Assembly: GCA_002633005.1 (NCBI GenBank) | Contig: NMRA01000257.1 | Location: 455,612 to 519,611 of the forward strand | Source: Phoronis australis | Lineage: Eukaryota > Animalia > Phoronida | DNA: 64,000 nucleotides | Direction: 5' to 3' | Shown here: positions 55,080-64,000 of the stretch, in pieces | How the letters are laid out: the number at the start of each line of letters is the position of its first letter | Position numbering within the stretch: the first letter of the stretch is position 1 | Made by a program: the position numbers and the translations under genes | The notes under the pieces: generated by a model | What the model saw: only the letters and a program-made list of their open reading frames with translations | The model's database searches: none | Told to the model about the DNA's origin: nothing

Positions 55080-56042
55080 CCTCGAAACAGAGTCTTGCCT
55101 CCTTGAACTAGAGAGCCTTTGAAATAAAATCAACAGCTCTGTGTTTGAACTTATCAGACAATCTTTGGTATCGATTTTGCAGAATGTTTGCTTTGAAAAT
55201 GGTTCACACGAAAGTGCAACACAGATTGGTTTTCACAGACCGAACGGTTATTGCCATCAGTGTCGGAATACTGCTCAAAACTTTACCTTTTTTAATTTCT
55301 TTTCAATTTTGAAAACGTGTGTGCAAGGTGTTCCCACACCTTTTCGCAGCCTCTCGTTTGTGAAAAGACCTCTTTTCACCTTTTATTGATTAAAAAAGGA
55401 TTTAAAGTTCGATTTCATGTCTTCATGTTCACGTGCTACACCTTTTATATGACAAGAACATTACTTGTTACCAACCACGAGTGTAAAAGTGTTGAAAGTT
55501 AATACATGTGGCGCCTTTTGCTTGGCTTCAAATGATCAACTTTCAAAAACTGAAAGGTGATGCAAGCTCGTATTTTGAAAAAATTCTATTCGCCTTTCGG
55601 TTACACCTTCCCATATATTAATCTGTAATCCTAAAATGCAAATAATGAGCAAAAATTACAACCAACATGAGAAGAGCGTCTGTAGCATGTTCGATAAAAA
55701 TTATTTAAGTATTAAATTATTTTATGTAAGCTATACTGCTTCGTCCTCATTATCATATTGTTTGGATTCTCGGGTCAGTGACCCTCTTTGTTCTACGATT
55801 ATTGGTTTAATTGTACCACGTGATCTCTTTGTCTCGTCGCAACACTGGGCCATCGTCCACAATTCTCTCCAAATTTCAGTTTGCACTCAATTTCTCTTTC
55901 CCTCCCTCCCGCAAACCAATTTTCCTTACTTCCCTGTTTATCCTTACCTTCCCCATGTCGCTGTCCCGGTGTTGCTGTTATGCTTCCGCATATTATAACT
56001 TAACTTTCTATTCACCACTTATGTATACCTTCATTGCTGCTA

Positions 56043-56210
56043 GGCAGATTGTCACCCACCTTTACAGTTCAACATATTATGTAACTTTTGTAATTACCGA
56101 TATCTGTAGTAGTTTAGTTTGTCATAATATATATGACCTTTTATCTCATCTACACGTGTTGTTTCACTGTAAACTAGCTTCGGTATCGCTTCGCAGTTAG
56201 CGCATATAAA
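56043..56210 (+). repeat. Second copy of the 168-bp dispersed repeat
   Basis: Matches 34442-34609. Confidence 0.85.
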
Positions 56211-57335
56211 TGGGCCATTATGTAAAAAATCAAATCTCCCAAAATGTTGGTCATTCTGGCCAAAATGTTACCCTGCAAGTTTAATGATAAATAACAAATG
56301 TGACGTAGCTCTTGCATGTCCGGAAAGAGGACGGTTTTATGAAGAAATCACCTCTCCGGGACACGCAAAAATGTTGCTCTTGAAACCCATAACACGTAAA
56401 AGATTCAAATATGAGGGTTACTGCAACTGTAAAACGCATTACATGGACACAAGAGGATCCACTTGTATAGAAACAGCATCTCCGTGACATGCGCAATAAA
56501 GTATCTCCGTGACATGCGCAATAAGTCAGACTGAAATCGATAATAAAATCCATAATAAAAAGTTTGTATTGTTAAACATGATACATGAAACTTTAAGCAA
56601 AACATTCCCTCACTCAATTCTTGTTCATCGTCTTGTTTGCTATAACATACTCCACACAATAGAAATCGTAATTTTAGTGCTCGTGCCTTACTTATTCCAA
56701 TAAAGTTTCACACGTCTATTGACCTCTACACAGGATGTCTCCATTAACCTCATTCTATCAGATAAAAATTGTTCTTTGTGAAATCGGTATGAAAGATTAA
56801 GGTTGCTTTTGAACTACAAAAACTATTGAACTTTAACTTGGCATGAGCCTACAGGTAAAATGTTAGAGTAGGTGTGACAAAAATAGCAGCGGATTCCAAC
56901 AGAGGCATCGTTCATTTCAATAACAGCACGTTAAATTATTTGAAGATAATGGGTTCCCGACTCGCATTAGCAAAGAGATAATGTGTCTAATATGGGTATA
57001 GCCGGCTGTAATCCATATTGCGTTTATATGAAATGAACGGTGTTTTCATTTCATGACGCCAGCGACAAAAACACTCTGCAGCTTCAATTTAGAGAGTTGG
57101 GTGTGAAGTAGCTATTGTCTCCGATCTCATTTAGAAACAAGTTTTCGCTATCACCCCACGTCAACTTTAGTCTGTGTTCCTTGTAACCGCCATCCACGCA
57201 CTAAAAGTGTTGTCTACTCCTATGGAAATATTTTGAATGTCAAAATATTCAACGTTTACAGAATTCATAGCAAACAGCTTGCCTATGAATCCCTAATTTT
57301 TTTCTTCCTTGTTGAGTTGTACTACAGGGTGCACC

Positions 57336-58099
57336 ATACGGCGTTTTTTCTTCAAAAATTCACCATTTACGGACATATATGGAAACATAAAAAATCTTGG
57401 TTAGGACTACCGCAACGGGTTTATACGTATACTATTGATGTCGTATCTCTCGTTATAACCTCGGCGTGGAAGAATAAAGTATGCAGTAGCCCTACTCCTC
57501 GGCAGGCTCCGCCGGGCGATCACTTGGCGTCCTCAGCTTCTGATCGTCCCCAATACACTACATATAATACTACAAAGTATGACACTCGGGACTAGAAATT
57601 CCACGGGAGCTTCGATTCAGCTGTCCATGTCAAACACATATCTCAATAAATTTACAAAAAACATGGTTCATCAAACCATGAGAAATCGTTCTTTCTTATA
57701 ATACCATTCAAGGTGTCCTGCTCCAGCAAGTTCGCAAGAAATTCGCTGTCAAAGCACAAAAATGTTCCCAATGTAAAAAGCCAAAACAAGGCTTCGNATA
57801 CGGCGTTTTTTCTTCAAAAATTCACCATTTACGGACATATATGATCGTCCCCAATACACTACATATAATACTACAAAGTATGACACTCGGGACTAGAAAT
57901 TCCACGGGAGCTTCGATTCAGCTGTCCATGTCAAACACATATCTCAATAAATTTACAAAAAACATGGTTCATCAAACCATGAGAAATCGTTCTTTCTTAT
58001 ACGATACCATTCAAGGTGTCCTGCTCCAGCAAGTTCGCAAGAAATTCGCTGTCAAAGCACAAAAATGTTCCCAATGTAAAAAGCCAAAACAAGGCTTCG
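57336..58099. repeat. Direct duplication joined at a single N; the second copy lacks ~160 bp
   Basis: 57336-57796 matches 57798-58099, with N at 57797. The segment ~57381-57540 is absent from the second copy. Confidence 0.85.
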
Positions 58100-59432
58100 C
58101 ATTTGACTGTTCGAGGTCAAGGACGATACCGAAATTACCGATGAATTACGGATGGACGGCGTTATCGACATCGTGACTTTACACAACAAACCGGCAACTT
58201 CCGTAACCCTCCTACTATTTGGTTTCAAACAGTCAGACGACAATTTCAATTTACGGTTCCTAAAGCGAGGCTACGAAGCTGCCGGGAAACAAGCCACCTC
58301 AATTTAGCAGCCGGCTTCAAGCCTTCTTGTCACCATGGTTTATAGTACATCGACCGCCCACTCCGTACATCTTCAATGTGACGTCACTATTGACTAACGG
58401 AACAACCCTGTGACACCGCGCCACCTATACCGTAGTACTGCAAAAGACGTTACTCTCTCTACGGCCACTGGTACTGCGAAAGAGTGTATAATACCCGATA
58501 CCCTCTGACACAGCGCCACCTATACTGAAAAGTGGCCCTCGGTGGAAACATGATGAACGACACACGAAATTCAGTGTGTGGGCATCAATGCGCATGCCTT
58601 GGTCGGAAGTATAGGCCTACCGATCCCATCGCAACCCTTGCAGACGCCTTTATATACTGTACTCGTTTAGTCTTAAGCTACTGGATCGGGGTTCTTTGAT
58701 TTTGTTTACTTCGACCATTGCCCGTGTTAATAAAATGCAACTATTCAAGGTGAGAGGTGGTCGCCATACACGGCGACAGTAAACTGAAAGGAGTTTCTCA
58801 GATTTCAACTAATGGGAATGACTGGAGTTTTATGACGTCGGTTTCATTACTTAATGAGAAGCCATGTTAAACAACATTCGACCGTCAGTGCTACCGTAGC
58901 ACTATGAAAGTGTGCAAGTGTATAACGGTATCTGCATTGTTACCAAGTCTTACTTCCGGCGAGTACACGTCCGTGCTATTGTCGCCTGTTGTGTGGTCGG
59001 TTTGACTGAGCTTTCACAATGTCAAGACCCCACAACCAACTTTGGGAGCAACAACTAGTCATATGCATTATAGAATATAGACAACAGATGCGCAACTCCG
59101 ATATTTTCCTTTGGAATAACCCAGAGGAGGCAAACTGACTCAGGTTAGTGAAATTCTGACCTATTTTTACAGTCTACTACAACGAAAGACAATAATTTCG
59201 GCATTGAAACGCTATCCAAAGTCTTCCAATATGTTGTAGAACACTTGGTATCGGGAGTAGGCCTACTTTTGGCATTGCAAACAGGTCGTGTAATTGCAAA
59301 ATTCAAATTTCATTTCGTAAGAACGGAAGTAGTTATAATAATTACAGTCTGCGCCAGAATTCTTGCGCAGTAGTTATTCAGAAACGGAAATTGCGCACGC
59401 ATCCTTCTTCAATGTAACTATTTGACAACCAG

Positions 59433-60399
59433 GGCCCGGTCTCTAATCTTTGTACTCGAAACGGACTCGAAATTATTTTTTGGCAATTTCTGTGCTCCTT
59501 TTGGGTGAAATCAAGATAAGTGGTTATCAGACTGTGCTCGAATAATTATAGTTTAATGCATATGAGTTTCTAGTCCAAGTTTGCACTTGAAGACCCACGA
59601 ATGTAAGGGCCTTACATTCCGTGCTACAAACTCGAGTAAAAACTCGAAATTTCGAGTTCAAACTCGAATGTTTAGCTTTAATGTTGAGTTTATCAACTGC
59701 GTACTAGAACTAATAAATTATCCACGTAAGGCATTGTGTACTCGAGCGTACACTTACCTTGAGTTCCCACAAAAGAAGAGTAAAAAAATAACAAATGATA
59801 TTTCACTCGTTAAATATATTTATGTGAGAATATGGACTCGTCCCTCTTATACCCCCATTTTTCGGACTGGTCCAATAACCCCTTGTGTAGATTCGCATGC
59901 GGTCCTCCTGCACTCGAGGCACTAGGTCATTCCATTTCCAGCCTCACTATTGGTTCGTTTGTGTTACTGCCACGAGTTTGGTCAGCTCCTGGCTCCCATA
60001 GGCTGATGATTGCCACGTGCCATAGGGCTCCTTTGTTCTCAGTAAAGTTATATTTCCTGCCATCAGTACTTCGCTTTAGCAGCACTTAGGTTCGAGTCTA
60101 ATCTCTCTTCATTTTTTCCCACCCTCTACCACCCTCTCCTTTGGGTAGTTCCTCTTACCTGAGTGCTGGCGCTTTTTATTGCCCATCTTTCCAGAGATTA
60201 TTATTTTATCTTTTGTTATTTGTACACTCATATTTCTGTACCTTACCAGTCATAATAAATGACCTTATATCGCCTATACACGGTCTCCTTTGTATCTCTG
60301 GAAACGGAGCTTGCGACGCACCTATTATTTTCGGGACATATTCCGAGCATAAACATAATTTCGAGTTCCATTTCGAGTAGAAAGATTAGAGACTGGGCC
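59433..60399. mobile_element. PIF/Harbinger-like MITE with ~45-bp TIRs and a CAG TSD
   Basis: CAG|GGCCCGGTCTCTAATCTTTGTACTCGAAA at the left and TTTCGAGTAGAAAGATTAGAGACTGGGCC|CAG at the right. Confidence 0.75.
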
Positions 60400-60402
60400 C
60401 AG

Positions 60403-60539
60403 GGCTGAATTGCATAAAGCTTCAAAAGTTGCCCGCTGGGTAAGTTTGACGTCAGGTGCATTGTTCAACGACCAACGAGACGCGTGATAAGGCGACGTCA
60501 TTGTTGCTATACGGCGTATAACTTTTATGCAACAGGGCC
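60403..60539. mobile_element. Second small Harbinger-like MITE abutting the first
   Basis: CAG|GGCTGAATTGCATAAA...TTTATGCAACAGGGCC|CTG. Confidence 0.55.
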
Positions 60540-60630
60540 CTGACGTATACACATTATCTCGAATCAAAATCGTAAAATTCCTATTCTAAATTCATCCGTC
60601 CACCTTTGTGGGAGTAAGTTTGCTCTAATT

Positions 60631-63165
60631 ATGGCAGCCAGTGAAGTGAATGCAAGTGTCGACGCTGAAAACGGTTTATTCGTGCCTGGCAGTGTATCCG
60701 ACACTGGGTTTCTTGACAGTGGTGATTCTCGTGGAGAACCCAGCGCTCATGAGGCCTTTGATCAGGGTGACAGTGACAACACAGCCTCTAGTCACGAGTT
60801 CTGCGACTCGGAGATTGACTCATGTTACTCACCCACTGAGCTAGACTTGACCCTCTGGCTATGACAGTCAAATCTGTGGAGTTGTCACTGTCGAAAGACC
60901 AGGTGGCATTCGTTGTCACGCGCTTTACTGAGTATTTTCCCAGTACAGCTTTGAAAAGACTCCATACTCGATCACACGCCCAGTCCGACCACAACCAGAG
61001 CTTACAATTGAGCCTCTTGATAGTGATGTTCCATATTTAGGTTACACCGCCAGCTCATTAGCCAGTAGCCGATGCGGACGACAGTTCTAAATATGTGCTG
61101 AATACCATAAGCCCTCTCGGCGCCTTTTGGTAGAAACCTGAGAGAGCCAAGTGTGCGGGAGAGGACGTTGACCCATTGGAATTCCGATCGATTAGTGAAA
61201 CAGTCCACGATGGTCATTGACCAAACCAATACTGCCATCTCGAATAACAGACGAGTGAGCGTACCGTCCCGAGACAATAAGAATGCAGACAACTTGGTAG
61301 AAGCCATGCGCGCACCCAGCCTTTAATATGGGGGGGCTCGAATTTCTGATGACGTGGAGCTTTTGCTGACAAAAAAAGGCGGCAGGACTAAATAAAACAA
61401 AGAAACGGAATACCACCTTCAGAACTGTGAACAGTGCGTCTGCGCCTTTTTGGTGGACTTTGCCTCGTTTTCTGGGACTTTTTGTTTCTCTGTGGCGGAC
61501 CTTTTTGCCCACTTCGCCAAATGGGGGGGCTCATTCGAGTCCCCCGAGCTCCCCCCCGGCCGCCCCTGGGTGCGCGCATGTTAGCCAAAGCCAATGTCAT
61601 TTTAAACACGTCGTCGATACTGTTTGGTTGCAAGTTCTACAAGGCACTACAAAAAATGTCAAAAGCAGAGCCGTGATATCAAAGGTCACCTTGGGAACGG
61701 ACATCAAAGACCAAACAGGCCGCTTTTTCAAGGGATGCGTCAACCACCGCCAGCACCCCTCGCAGATCAAGAAGAAAAGCTCCCGGTCACGTCACAGTGG
61801 ACGGGGCAAGGCCAAGCATGTACTTTCCAAACACAATAACAGTGCCACTACAACCACACATTGCAGAAGTGCAAGTTGCACACTGGTCACTAGAAGTGCC
61901 AAGCCAGGACGTCCCCCTCAACGTACTAGCAAGAAACTCACACACTCAGCTTCGCACTCTGGGCATGTTTGCTCCTGTTCACTTAGCAAACACAACGCCG
62001 CTAGGAAGACGAATCGCCTGATTTCTACACTATTGGCGAAAGGTAACAAACGACACCTGGGTGCTACAGGCAGTTCAGGATTATGCACTCAATCTATTCG
62101 AACAACCAACTCAGGGGAAAAGTTTCTGCCCAACATTCCCAAAAAAGTTCCTCACAGAGGCCCCTCTGAGCAAAGGCGCAATCGCTCCAATAACACCCAC
62201 TGTCGGCCAATTCGTCGGACGCATTCTCCTAAGGGAACAAAAAGATGGCAGTTTTCGACCGGTGTTCAATGTACAACCACTAAGCAGGTTAATAAATGAC
62301 AAACACTTCAAAATGGAAGGCATGGCAACAGTGGTATCGCTGATTCAACCAGGCGATTGGATGTGCACCATAGATCTAAAAGACGCTTATTTCTGCGCCC
62401 CAATAGCACAGAAACATCGTCGCTATCTGCGGTATGCTTGGAGCCTATCAATGTAAGAGTTTCAGTTTTGCCCATTCAGACTAAGCTCAGCCCCTCGAGT
62501 GCTCACAAAGCTCATGAAGTCGGCCGTGGCATTCTTGCAAAGAATTGGTGACACGCTGTTGATTTACCTCAACGACATTATAATACTGAACCAGACAAAG
62601 GAAGACTTAGCAACCGACAGGACCTCGGCTCTCTGACTCGATCCTCCAGATGTTATTTTTTATAAATTGGGAGAAATCGCAACTTTCAGACGGTAGAGTA
62701 AATGGGTTTCGTTTTGGACTCCCTGAAAATGAACCTTTTATTGCCAGAAGGGAAATAATGAAAGTGCTGTGCAAATGCCAACAAATACTGGACCAAACAA
62801 CGATTACTGCCAGGGAGCTGTTACAGTTCATACTACAGTTCAGTACATCCACTCTGGCAGTGTTCTCAGAACCCTTGCACTATCGGCAAATGCAGAAATC
62901 TTGAGCCCTGTTCAAGGGACGCCAAATAACAGAACCCGGCTCGAGTTGACACTGGAGCGCAAAGAGGAGATCCGATGGTGGCTACATTACCTCCGACAAT
63001 GGAATGGCAGGGCGATTGTCACCCCCTCTTCCGACCTGATCATCACCACGATGCTTCACAAAAGGGCTAGGGAGCGGAGTGCAACAAAGTGACCACGCAA
63101 GGTCTCTGGACCTAATCGGAAGCCTAGGAACACATAAATGTGGTAGAACCAAAGGCAAAATGAGC
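60631..63165 (+). mobile_element. Degenerate DIRS-type (tyrosine-recombinase) retrotransposon: gag-like region, RT and start of RNase H
   Basis: Frameshifted pieces read KDGSFRPVFNV...HFKMEG...GDWMCTIDLKDAYF, PFRLSSAPRVLTKLMK, IYLNDII (YxDD mutated), EIRWW...WNGRAI and TDASQKG*GA...QGLW. These are DIRS RT/RNase H signatures, with multiple stops. Confidence 0.8.
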
Positions 63166-63179
63166 CCACGATTACATTG

Positions 63180-64000
63180 CAAATGGTGTGTTTCTAGGGA
63201 TGTATATTTGTACCATAAAAATGGCTACTAGATGGCGCAAAATACGTCGAATCCATCTAAAAACAAGAACGTGCCACCGTTTCTTTAATACAAAGCTATT
63301 TACTAAATTCCATATAAGTCTGTCAAGGAACTTCAGAGCAACAAAGGAAAACCTAAAAAATGAAATTGCCACTAGGGGTCACAGCATTTCCCGGATTCGT
63401 CTGAAAGTCGTCCTCGTCCGTTGCCAACTTAATATAAATGCACTTGCTATATTTAATAAAGATCCTCAGTAGGTTTAGGGAATAGAAATATGAGTACAAA
63501 AAACTGCCACTAAGAGGCAAAGTCGTTAGAAAATCATTGCCAACCGTCCTCTTCACACGTTCGTACCAATTTTCGCAATCATCCTTAGAACAGTTTCGTT
63601 GATAAAGGGGAGGACGCCAAAAACAGACTCGAAAACAGCACAAAAATGGACACTGGATGGCGCAAAATACCTCGAATCCATCTCAAAACGGAAGGATAGT
63701 GTCATCTCATCACTAGATGCTTATATGCTAAATTTTATGAAAATCCGTTGAGGATCATTAAAGATAGAAGTAAACGTAAAAAATAAAAACTGGCACCGGT
63801 AGTCGAATCCGTCCGAAAGTTCGCTCATGCTATCCCATTCATGAAAGGAACACATGTTGAAAATTTCATGAAGATAGATCAAAGGGTTTTGGAGATAGAG
63901 CGGACGGACGGACGGACGGACGGATGGACGGACGGACGGACGGACGGAAGGAAATGACGGCCTAATGCATCCACATATAACTATGAGGGCGTAAAAAGAT
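63180..64000 (+). mobile_element. HINE/Helentron-like element (same family as 8830-9825)
   Basis: Subunit motifs at 63224, 63368, 63506 and 63649, (GGAC)n at ~63901-63947 and a degenerate 3' hairpin at ~63965-63993. Confidence 0.72.

Noticed and set aside
54343-55122. 259-aa plus-strand ORF
   Set aside because: It is antisense to the first coding exon and following intron of the mosaic gene, spans an N and has no domain signal.
61427-62299. 290-aa ORF as a host gene
   Set aside because: It overlaps the degenerate DIRS gag/RT region, has low-complexity basic composition and shows no splice structure.

Overview
AT-rich animal (probably invertebrate bilaterian) genomic DNA from a draft assembly with one 639-nt N gap and several single-N joins. 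I reconstructed three intron-containing genes by hand from GT-AG sites with consistent phases. (1) A class I eIF4E on the minus strand; four coding exons are resolved, the last exon lies off the window and the first is unresolved. (2) A complete 14-exon FIGNL1 AAA+ ATPase (about 612 aa) on the plus strand, head-to-head with eIF4E. (3) A secreted mosaic protein on the minus strand (signal peptide, TSP1-like, PAN/apple, C-type lectin, F5/8C, TSP1), tail-to-tail with FIGNL1. Introns and intergenic DNA are dense in mobile elements: two copies of a ~1.35-kb THAP-encoding, TTAA-flanked Kolobok-type element, a Helentron/HINE-like repeat family, a solo LTR, L1/Tx1, RTE, Penelope and DIRS remnants, many MITEs and several minisatellites. 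The two most unusual observations are the HINE-like repeat, whose ~145-bp subunits each carry a CTCF-consensus-like motif, and the Kolobok element, which appears built from two inverted copies of its 5' end. All family assignments come from recalled motifs, not database searches.
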